From contig CM060731.1 in NCBI GenBank assembly GCA_030704615.1, positions 50,406,001 to 50,470,000 of the forward strand: 64,000 nt of DNA, written 5' to 3'. The DNA comes from Takakia lepidozioides (taxonomy: Eukaryota > Plantae > Bryophyta). Made by a program: the position numbers and the translations under genes. Shown here piece by piece: positions 47,883-61,083 of this stretch; position 1 is the stretch's first letter, and each line of letters begins with the position of its first letter. The notes under the pieces are model-generated. The model did not search any database and was not told where the DNA came from. It worked only from the letters and a program-made list of their open reading frames with translations.

Positions 47883-50371
47883 CAATACGGTACAGATGGC
47901 CGACTCCACCCTGTTGGTTTTCGTTCTCGCAAATTTTCCGCTGTGGAGATCAATTATGAAATCCATGACAAAGAACTTCTAGCGATTATCGATGTTTTTG
48001 AGAAGTGGCGTCATCTATTGGAGGGAGCTAAACATTAGGTCACTGTCTATACCGATCACAAAAACCTCGAATATTTTATGAGTGCTCGTGTTTTGAATCG
48101 ACGTCAAGCGAGATGGAGTATGTCATTAGCAATGTTTGATTTTGTTATTATCTACCGTCCCGGACATCTTCAAGGAAAACCAAATGCTCTCTCTTGACGA
48201 TCGTATCTTGCGCCAAAAGAAGGGGATACAGTTTTTGACCAACAAAAATCCATCATCCTGAAACCAGCAAATCTCCAATTGAATATGTTATCCATGTCCA
48301 CCTATGACGATGCAGAGATCATAAAGGAGATTCAGGAAGCACTAAAGAGCGACCATTTTGTTACGACACTACGAAGTCAACTAAATCAACCTCGAGACAA
48401 CCCACATGTTACAAACGACTTCGAATTCAAGAATGGCTTACTTTACTTCAAGAGACTTCTCTATGTACCTCCAGGACCTACACAACTTCGAATTCTTCAA
48501 ACATGTCATGATTTTCCGGCTGCATGACAGTTCGGCTTCAACAAAACAATGAAGTTAATATCCAGGGACTATTGGTGGCCGCAGATGTGAAAATTCGTAA
48601 AAGAATTTATAAAATCTTGCGACACGTGTGCTAGAGCGAAGAGACCACGACATCGACCTTACGACCTTCTTCAACCATTACCCATTCCCAAGGGTCCATG
48701 GTCGTCCGTATCTATGGACTTTATTACGGACCTTTCAATTTCCAAGACCACCGATTCAATCCTTGTTATTGTAGATCGTTTTACAAAGATGACACATTTC
48801 ATTCCATGTAATAAGACGGTTACCGGCGAGGAAACTGCAAGACTCTTCCTCAATAATATCTATTGCATTCATGGACTCCCGAAGGACATCGTATCTGATC
48901 GAGGACCACAGTTCATATCAAATTTCTGGAGGGGATTATTTCACATATTGGATACTAAGATCAACCTCTCTACAACTAATCATCCATAGACTGATGGTCA
49001 AACCGAACGTGTAAACCAGATTTTGGAGCAGTATCTTCGCTGTACGATAAATTATCACCAAGATAATTGGACAGACCTTCTGTCATTGGCTGAGTTTGCC
49101 TACAACAACATTATACATTTTTCGACTAAGCAAACTCCATTTTTCTCCAATTATGGTCATCATCCTCGAGCAAACCATTTCCACATGAAAACTGTTGGAA
49201 GCCCTGCTGCAGAAAACCTTGCTACTCATCTTGCTACGATTCACAATGAGCTTACATTCCACCTCGCAGAAGCTCAAAAACAATACAAGGAGTATGCGGA
49301 TCAACGTCGCCAACTCCAACCCCAGTTCAAGGTCGGAGATCGTGTGTGGCTTCTTCGACGGGACATACAAACCTCGCAACCATCAAGGAAGTTGGATTAT
49401 CAACGCCTGGGCCCATTCAAAATTATTCGACAAATAAATCCGGTCAGTTTTCGGCTTGAACTCCCACGAAGTATGCGCATCCATCTAGTTTTTCATGTTT
49501 CATTATTGGAGTTGTATCATCCATCGAATATTCCAGGGAGAGTTTCCGTACCACCTCCACCAATCGAAGTCAATCAGGAAATTGAGTATGAAGTCGACGA
49601 AGTCCTAAACTCTCGCATCAAGTGTAAATGTCTTGAGTATTTCGTACATTGGAAAGGCTACGACATCAGCGAACGAACGTAGGAACCTTCATTCAACCTC
49701 GCCAATGCATCTAACAAAGTCCAATAGTTTCATCAACAATATCCAGCTAAGCCCCGAGCTATACGTCAATAAGACGTCACAACGATGATGTCAGTCAAGT
49801 TAGCTTCAAGGTGAAGACTCCACATTCAATATACCTAATACACGTTAAGGAGGGAGGAGCACCACACATCACTATATATAACTACACTTCCAGCACTCTT
49901 GCATCTTGTATTGGCAGTACGGAGTGGCAGGAACCAGATACATTGGAGTTGTCGCCCAGCTACCAGATCAGTCGTTCCGACTCTCACGACCTTTAACATC
50001 ACGCCGACGCTCTCGAGACGATGAGCCACCAATGCGACGCGTACTTCCTCGTCATGACCCTGTACGACGGCAAGTAGAGCCTACTCGAAGTCTGATAATT
50101 CTGTTGGAGGTTGAGGCTTCGAACCCAGAGAGCAACGAAATCATGTTTGAAGGCAGTTTCGAAAATCAGAATGCTCAAATCACTGCGTGGTCCCAAGTTC
50201 AAGGTGTTGGACACTATCGATGGTTGCAGGGACCTATAAATCATTTGAGTCAAGAACGAAGAGCCGAATAATTGGCAAGTACCATTTGCCGGATTTTGGA
50301 TTTTCTCCAACTCTAAGCAAGTCCAAGATTTTACCGCTCCTCGAGGAACTCGGCGCTAGAGGAGGGGGTGA

Positions 50372-51004
50372 TGTCACGGACATAGTCTAGAGGAACTTAC
50401 CAGGAGTAAATACCAGAAGTTACCAAGTTATCATGTTATCATAAGTTAATATGACTTACCGTGATTTACCATGATCTACCATGATTTATCATTACTTACC
50501 AAGTTACCGGGAGTTCACCAAATTACCAATAATAACTTGGGAAACTACTCAGGAAGCTTCATTTGGAGGAAACTTCTCCATCAAGATACCTCATTTGTTT
50601 AAGGAAGCTTCTACATAAAAAAACCTTTGTTTAATCTTGGAAACTTCTCCAGCAAGCAACCTCCATAGGGAAAGCTTCTAAAGGGAAGCTTCTTAGTAGC
50701 CAGTATATATAGGAGGCGAGACTGGACACTCTTCAGTCTCGCCAACACCAGTTCAAACTACTCTTGTTTCCAGTTCCCAGTACCCTAGCCCAGTTTCCAG
50801 TATCTGGTACTCCAGTCCAGTTTCCAGCATTCTAGTATTCAAGTCGTGTTCCAATATCTTGTACTCTTGTTCATTGTTATAAAGATCGTCTTGATTTCTA
50901 TTTACTCATCGTGCATTCGGCCACGCCGATCTTGACTACTTGTCTAGCCTTGTACCTCTAGTCTTATCTCTTGTTTGTGTTCAGTCGTGTTCTCGTCCTT
51001 GACA
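50372..51004 (+). repeat. 3' LTR
   Basis: Follows the PPT, ends ..cttgaca, followed by TSD cgtat. Confidence 0.93.
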
Positions 51005-51102
51005 CGTATCACATTTTTTTGAACGGTTCCAGTTATCGAAATATATTGATAACCGGGTTGATAACCTGGTTTTCATGCCTTGGAAACCCAATAAGTGCCT
51101 AA

Positions 51103-53737
51103 GAACATCTCCAGCGGTGCACAGTACATGAGCACGGTAAAAGTGATTTGAAGGTGAACTTGACGGACCCACGAGGGCATGTGCCGTTTGACGCTTCACG
51201 ATGGCCCACCGGTCGACGGCAAATGGTGACCAACATATATATATATATATATGACGCCTCCCGAAGGGAGCGTAACTTATGGTGTCACTTCACCACAAGG
51301 GCTACTTCCTTCCAGCTGAAAGGTTGACACCTTCATGACACACCAAACCGTGGTTTGAACCCACAACCACATCCAACATGGTATGTGCACATTACCACTG
51401 GGCTACATGCTGGTTGTCGGTGACCAACATACTTTGCCGCTCGACGTTCTTCCCTCCATTTGTTTTCCAGCGCGTTCTTTTTTTCTGCTCCGTGCGTCAT
51501 GGATTTACAACGTCGGAGACAACAACTTTACTCCCAATTGCAAGACGAATTAGATGACGATGACAGCGTTGTCTTGTCTTTTCTTGTAGATCAGCTTGAT
51601 GAAACTTTGAAATCCATGAAACAAAAAAAATAGGCAGCTCTAGGGCTGGCCGATCTACAAACGTGGAGCGGGATAGACAGCGAGGGCATGATAGAATCTT
51701 TCGCGACTACTTCTTATATTCACCAGTGTACTCTGCAGAATTGTTTAGACGTCGATATAGGATGAGCCAGAGGTTGTTTCTAAAAATCATGGATAAAATA
51801 TGTACACATGATACATATTTTGTTCAAAAGAGATGCGGCTGGGCTTCTTGGATTGTCTTTCATTCAAAAGTGCACCGTTGCATTGAGGATGCTCGCATAT
51901 GGAGTGAGTATTGATGTTGTGGATGCATAGTGCAGGTTAGGTGAGAGCACCATGATGGAAGCCATGAAACGATTTGTGGCAGCGATTAGGGCAATTTTTG
52001 AGTCTACGTACTTGAGGCAGCCAACCAGAGCTGACCTCGTGAAACAGCTGGAAATCAACAAAGCGAGAGGCTTTCCTGGGATGTTCGCATCAATTGATTT
52101 TATGCACTACAGATGGAAAAATTGCCCTGTAGCATGGCAAGGGCAGTTTCAAGACAATATCAAATCTAGATCAATTATTCTAGAGGCCATTGCCGATCAA
52201 TCCCTGTGGATATGGCATGCTTTCTTTGGTATGCCAGGAGGAAATAATGATATTAATGTATTGATAGGTTTCTATTAGTCGTTGATTTATTGAGGGGTGA
52301 AGCAGGTGACTTAAGCTTTGTGGTGAATGGGAATTCGTACCCCCGTTATTATCTCTTGGTAGATGGAATCTATCCAGCTAGATGGAGCTGTTTTGTTCAA
52401 ACCATACACGAGCCACAAGATGAGAAGATGCAGCACTTTGCCAAGATACAAGAAGCAAAAAAGAAAGATGTGAAAAGATGTTTTGGTGTGCTGCAATCCA
52501 GATTTGGTATAATACAAAACCCCTCCAGACAATGGGACATGAAAGACAATCTTAGATATTATCAGAGCTTGTGTGATTTTACACAACATGATAATTGAAG
52601 ACGAGAGTGACAGCAATATGGAATCTTTATTTGAGCTTGACAATGGCATACATTTCAGAAGAGGGCTAACTTTCGAGGCCTACAAACAAGGCACTGAAGA
52701 GCTGGAGGATTCACAAACTCATTTCAACCTCATGGCAGATTTGATAGAGCATTTGTGGGCCTTGAAAAGGCAATAGTTCTCATAGAAATAAAAATGCCTG
52801 TCATTTATCTTCACAATGAAACTTGTCATTCATCTTCGCTAAGTCCAGTCTCCATGTGGCTTGCAAATCCAGTGTCTGGGTCTAGCTGGGAGCCAAGTCT
52901 GCTTGCCAAATAGGAGGTGTGTCTTTGGGGCTTGTATGAGATGTTTGTAGCTTTGCAAATTCACCAACTTCCAACCGCCTTCGCAGCTTCACTAACTCCT
53001 CATGTCTTCTGAGTCTCAAATACTCACGAGCCTCCTCCGAAGTCACTTCGTCATCTGCTATGGTGAATAGTGCAAGTGCACTTTGATCTTGCATAATCTC
53101 CGCTTTCTTCAATGTCGCAACTGCCATCTCTGCAGTTGCTTGAGCTTGTGCCCTATGAGCACGTTCTCTAATTGTTTGTGTCTTTTGCTGCTCTTTGGCT
53201 GCTCGAGAGCCCTACGGATGTTTCAAAACCTTCTCTTCACTGAAATTTACCGTAACATCCTGAACCTCCATAGAGCTGGAATTGTCTGCTTCATCTACTT
53301 GACCACTAGCATTTCCCTTCATGGGCGGGGTTTTTTCCTGCTCATCTCTCACATCAGCCCACCTAGGTATGTCCTTCAGTAGTAACCAGCAGTGAATATT
53401 AAATCCAAATGACAATTTTTTAGGATGCTTCAGTTTGTAAAGCTCCAGTGCTTTTTGTAGCGTATCTTCAGTGATGTTCCACTCTCATTCAACTGTAATA
53501 CCGCCCCATAATTACCTACAAACTTTGCCACATCGTGCTTGATGACTCCCCATTTTGTTTCTAAGCTCCTTGGTGGTCGCTCTCCTCCCATGACAGGTAA
53601 TGTTCGGAATTTTACAGGGGCTGGTGGCTTAAGTGCCGTGCAGGATGACCGCTGGGGGTGCAGCTTCAAGCAACCTCAGCGACGACATCTGCAGCTTGTC
53701 GTTGCTGCGTGACATGTCGTGACCGTTGGAGATGCTC
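51103..53737 (+). mobile_element. PIF/Harbinger (Pong-like) transposon with convergent transposase (+, about 51500-52776) and Myb/SANT-like ORF (-, about 52882-53640), degenerate
   Basis: TIR GA(A/G)CATCTCCA(G/A)CGG and TSD TAA. Transposase RGFPGMFASIDFMHYRWKNCPVAWQGQF..LEAIADQSLWIWHAFFG..NNDINVL..DGIYP..LHNMIIEDE. Second ORF RSLETKWGVIKHDVAKF..HCWLLLKDIPRW. Confidence 0.93.
51238..51418 (-). mobile_element. tRNA-derived SINE with (TA)n tail
   Basis: Minus-strand A box TAGCCCAGTGG and B box GGTTCAAACC; 13-bp TSD GGTGACCAACATA at 51225 and 51419. Confidence 0.8.
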
Positions 53738-54088
53738 TAACATTGGTAACTACCAGTGTTGGCCGGGTACCATGTTTTGAGCCCTCTTCCGGTCCCGGTT
53801 ATGGCGTACTTTTTGAAAAAAAAGATGGCCAGGGCAGGGTATACTAATAGGTTTGAAAAACATCTCGGTTACAGGTTCTCATTAAACACATGATTTTTTT
53901 TGGTCCGATCTACCAGTTATGCCAAAAAATTAAATGTCGGTTCCATGGTACCGGTTATGGGATTCATCCATTTTTACTTAAAGTTTACTTTTTCTAGCAT
54001 TTTTGTGTATGTGTGTAAAACTACACAAGAGGGTTGTGGCCTGGTGGTAAGCCACTCGTGTATTGGCCTGTGGGTTTGGGGTTTAAAC

Positions 54089-55182
54089 CAGTGTTGGGCG
54101 GGTATATGAATTACCCTGATATACCCGCCGGGTATATCAGGGTATATTGATATATATATATACTCTGATGTGGCAAGTTTAGGTACCCGGATGTATACCC
54201 TTATATCAGGGTATATTTTTATGATATACCCTTATCCTTATATTTACCCTGCATCAAGAGACGCTCAATATACCCTATTTTCCTGAAGGGTATATCTAAT
54301 CAGGGTATATAAGGGCCTTTACGTGCCTTCATAGCCTTTATGCTAGGTCTTTTCTCTTTTTGTTGTGTTGTTAGGGAGCCTTGAGCTATAAGAAAGCTCC
54401 AACTCACAGCTAAAACAAATGTTACATATATATCATTATTTAAATGTCATATAACCCAAACAATACCTCTTCAGATCTCGCATATATATATATAAAAGGA
54501 AACCTGACAGCCCACAATTTAGGTCCTTGAGGGGTTTTTATTTATTTATTTAAGGAAATCTGGGAGCAACAGCCCACAATTCAGGCCCTTGAGGACGGGG
54601 AAAGATTAACCCCCTTTCATTTATGGGCCATGAGACCTACAAGACGATCAACGCCCAAACATACCATCACACGAACAATCCCACACATGGGGCAGGGCAG
54701 CGGGTTCGAACCCCGAACCACTTGAGTGACACACACTGTGCACTTACCAGTTGAGCTACCAGCCGATGTGCTTTTTTTTAATCTCAAACCTTCTTGCATT
54801 GGAAATTAACACCAAAATATTATGCAATATCTTATCAATTTTCTCTTTTACCATATATTGTTTTTTATTTTTGTTTACTTTTGTTTTTTTGTACATATTG
54901 AAGAACATCTTGTGAGCAGTCGCTCCCAGGTTTCCTTTTTGAAAAAACAAAAACATCATATATTCTTTAAAACCATTAAATTATATATTAGTGGAAATAA
55001 TTATCCATACCCGGAAACTATTCATACCCTCATGGTATATTTTGGCATATATATCCATACTCGGGGGTTATATAGAAATCTGAAAAGTTAATTTACCCAT
55101 ACCCGGAGGGTAAATGATTTGACAAAAGTAATTTACTTATACCCTAAGGATATATTGAATTCAATATACCCGCACAACACTG
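54089..55182. mobile_element. hAT-like MITE nested in the B box of a SINE-like head
   Basis: TIR CAGTGTTG(G/T)GCGGGTATAT; TSD GTTTAAAC/GTTCAAAC; preceded by A-box-like tggcctggtggtaag. Confidence 0.85.
54590..54770 (-). mobile_element. tRNA-derived SINE
   Basis: Minus strand GGTAGCTCAACTGGTAAG..GGTTCGAACCC boxes without a closed acceptor stem, followed by unrelated body sequence. Confidence 0.65.
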
Positions 55183-56699
55183 GTTCAAACGTGTATTGGC
55201 CTATCATCTATATCTCTGCCTTCATGCTGGGGGCTCCGCCCGTGTAATACACTAAGCTTATAACTTACAACTATTATTTTAGCCAAAGCCCAACTAATTA
55301 ATTTCCTATCTATTGGACATTCTCAATGTTGTGCACCTAATCTTCCCAACTATTGTAGTTACTAGTAAGACATAACATTCCACCGAGGATCTGTCCATAT
55401 GTAATGTTATTAATTACCATCACCAATCCCTACACCTATATTATCTAGAACCGCCTCTACGCCATCCACATTTGCTCCGGATCTTGCTCCGGGTATAGCA
55501 CCCTTACAATCACGATGCCAGTTCTTTAGCCGGTTAGGAAGCTCGATGGCTTTTGCTGGTTCCTTCCATGGCGGTTCCTACAAGGCCTACACTTTCCGGT
55601 TATGCAAATGTGCATAACCGGCAAATAACCGCCGGATATGCATGTCCATATGCCATACCCGGCCAACACTGGTAACTACCTACCGCAGCGAATTCATGTG
55701 AACAACAACCCCATATGGTCGTCATCCAAAAATTATCTTCCCATACTGTGATTTATCATCCAGACTTCATCCCCCCACCCATATTTCTTTCATCTCCAGA
55801 GGAACTTCAATATTAGCCATAAGCCTTACAAATATTACCAATATCTATCCACATGGGCATTTTCATCCAATAATGGTGTTTACGTCCAATTGTCAATAGG
55901 GGCATTTCATTCATCAATTTGATCCCATATCACCAATATCTGTCCATGTTGGCTCTAAATCCATCCAAACTCAAACTACTCCACATACGTAATACCTAAA
56001 ATTCTACATAAATATGCGCCTACCTAACTGTGCAGCGTCCTCGCAAACAGTTTTACAACACTATCTTTGCTTCATTTCGAGGTCTCTTGGTTAAAAAAAC
56101 CCCCCACCATTGTTCACCTAACCGCTGACCATAGACATCATTATATATTCACTACGGAAATAAGTGCAGCATCGCAGCAAGAGGAGGGAGTGCTCGCCAA
56201 AAAAAGTACATCGGGTAATTTTCATTGGGAGGGGCACGGGTATAATACATGAACTAAGGCGGTTGTTGTACGTAAATTTTACATTCCATAGACTTATGCA
56301 GTGGCAAATTGTAAGTCAATAAAGTTATCCATTGAGTCGAGGGGATGCAGGATGAGTTCGGCTAGTTTGGCCAAAACACAAAATGAACGTCTATGAAGCG
56401 GGCCCACAAAGTACAAGCGCAAAAAATAGAAGGCCAAACTCAAAATAGCATAAAAAGCAGCGCCAACGCTTCATCCCCACTTCCTCGGCGCCGCGCCCTA
56501 CCATGGGACACGTGGCCTGGCGCGGGGCCCACGCTCCCATCAGGTTGACCTTTCCCACCTTCCCACGTGGCATAGGGGGGAGGTTGGGTAGCGTGAGCGT
56601 CCTCACGCCTCTTTGCGTCTGCTTACGTGAGCAGAAGAAAACATCCCGGAAATTCCAAGAATATTCCCAAAAAGATGCGCGATGGCAAAACTTGAAATT

Positions 56700-57355
56700 T
56701 GTGCTCACGAGCACAAAAACACGGTGTGAGCACAGGAAAACGTAGGCGTGAGCACAAGCCATGCAAAGTTGGGGCATAAGTAATATCCTGTAAGATTATC
56801 GTTGTTTAACAGTTGCGTATTTAGTCAAGTGCATGTGAATAACAATTCATTAGCGAAATAAAACAATCTCAAGTTGTCTCTTATATGCAAAACCAAACAC
56901 AACACGTTTTGTTTCACCCACAAAACCATTGGATAATGACCTACGCAGACCTATCGCTGGCGAAACCCCGATACCTTGATTTATTTTGTGACCGAAACCC
57001 TTTGTTTGCCTCACTATATTAAATTGTTCCATTATTGTTTAGTATTTGTGTTTTGGATGGTGTTGATTATTGTGACTTTGTTTTTCCCTAATGTGTTATT
57101 CTTTTTGTAGGATACCAAAGCTGTAGATATGTGGAACTTGGAGCTTGAAGATATACATTATGGGTGCCTATTTTCATTAGGGTTTAAGGTTTAGGGACAT
57201 AATGAGGGAGAGAGAGGCACAGAAATAGGCACACAACTAACATCTTCGCTATTTTGGAACCCTATTCGATTTCCGTGAAAACATGTGTATCCTATGGCCG
57301 TGTTTTTGTGCTCAGGCCTACGTTTTCTTGTACTCACGCAGTTTGTGCTCACCGG
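56700..57355. repeat. Imperfect inverted repeat pair around an AT-rich core (MITE/foldback remnant)
   Basis: gagcacaaaaacacgg and gaaaacgtaggc at about 56710-56748 are mirrored by ccgtgtttttgtgctc and gcctacgttttc at about 57298-57327. Confidence 0.55.
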
Positions 57356-59687
57356 TGTGCTCCCGTTCTACCAACCCCCGCATAGGTAGGCTGGCCCGTC
57401 CCCACTTTGTTCCACTCGTGCCCACTTTACTTAACTTGTGCCCAATTTACTCAACTTTACGGATAGCCTCAAACTACCCACCAGAGACGCATGTGGGGAT
57501 GGATCATAGGGTCAAACAGGGTGGGACTTAACAAATAACTTTAATGTTTGGGCTGCTTGGCATCCTTGACTCCCGTCTTGTTCATTTTTTCGGCAGATTT
57601 GCAAGAAAGGACTAAGGCTGTCCTCAATCCTTTCAATGAGTCCTGTGTCGCATGATTGATAGAAGGAAAACACCTTTGCCGGTCTGGAGGCCTCCAATTT
57701 GCCGGACGAACTTGTAGATGTAGGAGGGACTGCGTTTAGGCCAAGATGGAATGACATTGCGAAGGTTGTGTTTTTCCCACTTCTGTTCACACTTGTCAAG
57801 GAGGGCATGCCAATCCGCATTGGGTCGGTGGTAAGAGCAAAGAACTACTCTCTTTTAATTTCGTTTTGAAAGGGTCATACCCTCCCTTAGGGTCCAAAGA
57901 TCTAGACTAATCCGCACGAAGGAGTCGGAACGAATCCAGCTGAGGGTAGTGCCAATGGGTTTTGCGTCTCGGGTAAGTGACGTCCACGAACAGGTTCTGC
58001 AGGTTGTCCACTCTCACGGTCACTGGCTGGATCGAAGTGAGTCTGAGTCTGAAGGAGAGAGGGTCGGCAGAAAACACATACCCAGATAACGAGTTGCTGA
58101 ATCTTCTCATGACATGTACCATGGCACATAGCTCTTGTAGAGGCTATCCAGCGGCCCGGACAATGTGGACGATCAGCTTGATCCAGGATGGCCAATTCAC
58201 CCTCCTGCAGAATTGTTGCATAGCTAGCTTGGCCCTCCTGGATCCGACAATCTCCTGCAGCTGCCTGCTGAACTGAAAGCTGGGGCCTGTCCATATTTGC
58301 CGACTGTGCTACACACCTCAAGTCTCCCATGCCCCGTCTTCTGGCAATCCCATGGTTCTGTATATGGTCTGGTTCCCATCAACAATAGATTGCGAGGTAC
58401 TGAGATCACACTATGATTTAATACTTGATAGGAAATAGATAACCAGCCAACACTGGTAAATACTGTGAGCTTCCTCATGGGGTAGCATTTCCCCAATTGG
58501 AGAGAGAGATCCGCAAACAAAACCACAAAGCCATAAGGCATTCAGTCTTCACAGCCAGTGAGAACTAGAGAAACCTAATTATCGACAATGAAAACCATAG
58601 CCAACATCTTCACAGTTATCTAGTGGTGAGATGAAAATTATGTGCTGACCCACCACCTTAAAGCAGAATACTTCTTGACAAAGAGAGAGATCAAGTAATA
58701 ATTTCTTTCACATGGTGTGCTGCGGAACAATCCAATCAGTGGAAAAGGCCTTGGATGTCACCATAAACCTGCATGACAGATAATGATTGAAGGTTTCCTA
58801 TTTGAAACAGATAAAATACAAAGAAGCAATTTTCTGCCTGAAGGAAAGATGCATTCAGCTTTCCTTTGGAGCCCCATGGCTTCTGCTGGGTTCTAAATCT
58901 GACTCAAATCCAAAGCCCAAGTGAAATTTATCTACTTGGCTATCTAAATTTATTACGAACACGACAAACCCCACCCAAATCCCCAAATCCCCACAGCACT
59001 GAGCTTGGCTGACTTTGGCACAACTCCACCCAGCTGCCTACCCAGCTCCAGCAGGCACAAATGTTACATCCCTCTCCAGTAGAAACTGAGAGATCTAAAC
59101 TCCTGTTGTATCACAATTGGTTTTAACCTCTGTTTTCAGAACGGATGCAGCAGTGCAGTTCCTTTTCCCAGGTGAACAAAGGACAGTATGCTTTCTTGCC
59201 AACCCAAGCCCCCCCCCCACGCTGAAAAAAGAATCAAACAAAGCAAATCTACGATTCTTAAACTCTGGAAGATTTCCAGCTCTCCTTCTACTAACGTGTG
59301 TCCCTTCCTACAACAAAGCCTTTCACGGAAAAGCTTGCATTGTCAGCGAATTAAATGCAAAATTTTCCAACCTTCCAAGGGCCCGTCCCTAACCTCACCA
59401 CTTCTTACGGTTATCCTCCTCCCTTGCTAAGCCACTGAAGCCCTTGGTAGTTATATCAAATTGCGGCATTGCAAATGCCACAAAAAGCTTCCTTCATTTC
59501 CACCTTTCAGGTCTTTTAAAGTTTCTTCTGTCATGCCACATGGCTGCATTCAGTTATTCAGGCTTCTTGGAACCTCTTCCCATTTCCAGAAATTTTCGTC
59601 CATCCAATTCCCATCAAGCTCTTACTGGGGAAGCTCCTGACACAGCAAAGCAGCAAATTGGGGGAGTCTTCTTTGTACAGTCTATCT

Positions 59688-61083
59688 CTACACTTGGCGA
59701 GGTTGATTGCCCCCACTCTGCATGGGCATTTGATATGGAGACATCATTTGATGGGGGGCATAAATCATGCCGGGCATTGGCTGCTGTCCATATGGCTGCT
59801 GCATCATCTGCATCGAGGCTGGCATGCCTGATGCATGCATAGCTCCATTCATCCCGTGCATGCCCCCACTCATTCCACCCTGCATGCCCGCACTCATGGA
59901 TGACATTCCTCCTTGGTTCCCTTCTTTCCCAGCTGATTGGTCCCCTTGCTTGGCCATGGAAGCCTTCTCTCCTTCCAGCTCCCGGTACTTGTGAAGATAC
60001 ACCTTGAGAGGCTCCACATAGTCTTCAAATCCCAGGGTACTCATGGCCCACAGCAAGTCATCCCCATTGATTGTCTTTCGCTTCTCTCTCTGACACTTGT
60101 CCGAAGCCTCCCCTACATGTTTTGACAACCAGTTAGAGAAAGTCTTAAACAACATATTAACTAATCCAGACAAATAAATCTTGCAATTCTCACTCTCATG
60201 CACATGTGCAGACACACATATGCCACACTGCAAAAGTTAGCTTTGGTCCTTTCTCTTGTGTGGAAGGGACTTGCCAGCTGTGGTTCTCAACACACGTCTG
60301 CTCAGTCTATGAGCCACCATAAAGACTGTAAAGTCTGTGCTTGGACTGCAAGAAGTCAGAGTTCCCTGCTCGGAACTTTTGAGCCTGATAAGCCTGCTCT
60401 ACATTGGAGTGCAACCAAATGGCTGTAAAAGCAGGTGTTCCAAGAACACAGAGTGCCCTGCTCTCAATATAATGTGAGGACAGGGCAGGAAAATCAGGTA
60501 AGTAAAACAACCATGCCAGTGCTTCATTTTTTAGCACTATGATACCTCAGAGATGTAAGCATAAACTGCTACATGCAATGGAACTGACAAGCATACTCTT
60601 CAGTCTCAACTGTCGTGCATAATCCGTGGAGAACATACATGTACCATCTTTTCCTGCAGGAGTGTTTGACCAAATAAATGATCACTGTGACAAGTCCACA
60701 ATCCATGTAAGCTAACATATATGCCACAGTCGAAAAGTTATCTTTTCTCTGGAAGTCAATGGACATTTGGCATCGAAAAAGAGGTGCTTGCAAGTACAGT
60801 GCAATTTGAGACCGAGGAACTTCCAAAAAAGCATGGAAATACCTGTGATGAAACTGATGAATTCTGAGACACATTCTTGAACTGTCTCCTTCGCATCTTT
60901 AGAAATCTTAGCATTTGATGGCAGCGCCTTCTTCATTATGCGGCTCACATTTGCAATTGGAAGAAAGCGATCTTGCTCCCTTATGGATGCATCCTGACCT
61001 TCGTAGTGACCTCCTCCAGACTCATTGTCTGAATGCGGGCTACTTTCTGGTGAACCTGGCTGGTGACCATAGCTGTCTGCCAT
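59688..61083 (-). CDS. NF-YB: Nuclear factor Y subunit B (HAP3/CBF-A); coding exons 61083-60843 and 60112-59688
   Basis: [66 protein letters not shown]|[31 protein letters not shown], with a G/M/Q-rich tail and a phase-1 GT-AG intron. Confidence 0.97.

Larger units (their letters stand above)
44495..51004 (+). mobile_element. Full-length but disrupted chromovirus (Ty3/gypsy, Tcn1/Tf1-sushi-like)
   Basis: LTRs 44495-45126 and 50372-51004 (TG..CA), TSD CGTAT, PPT agaggagggggtga. Gag PEKFDG..CLYCGENDH, protease LLDSG, RT YLDD, RNase H, integrase SMDFITDL, chromodomain EYEVDEVLNSR..YFVHWKGY. Many in-frame stops. Confidence 0.96.
43105..53745. mobile_element. Outer hAT-like non-autonomous element hosting nested insertions
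   Basis: Left end CACTGCTGGGC; right end GCC-TAA-CATTG, split by the Harbinger. 8-bp TSD GTAACTAC at 43097-43104 and 53746-53753. Internal ataacc/ggttat motifs continue across the LTR element. Confidence 0.65.
53754..55671. mobile_element. hAT-like non-autonomous element
   Basis: TIR CAGTGTTGGCCGGGTA..TACCCGGCCAACACTG; TSD GTAACTAC at 53746 and 55672. Confidence 0.9.

Noticed and set aside
54690-54770. tRNA gene (also 51340-51418 and the GGTTCGAATCC at about 63069)
   Set aside because: Only A/B boxes; no closed cloverleaf. The 51.3-kb copy has a TSD and tail typical of a SINE.
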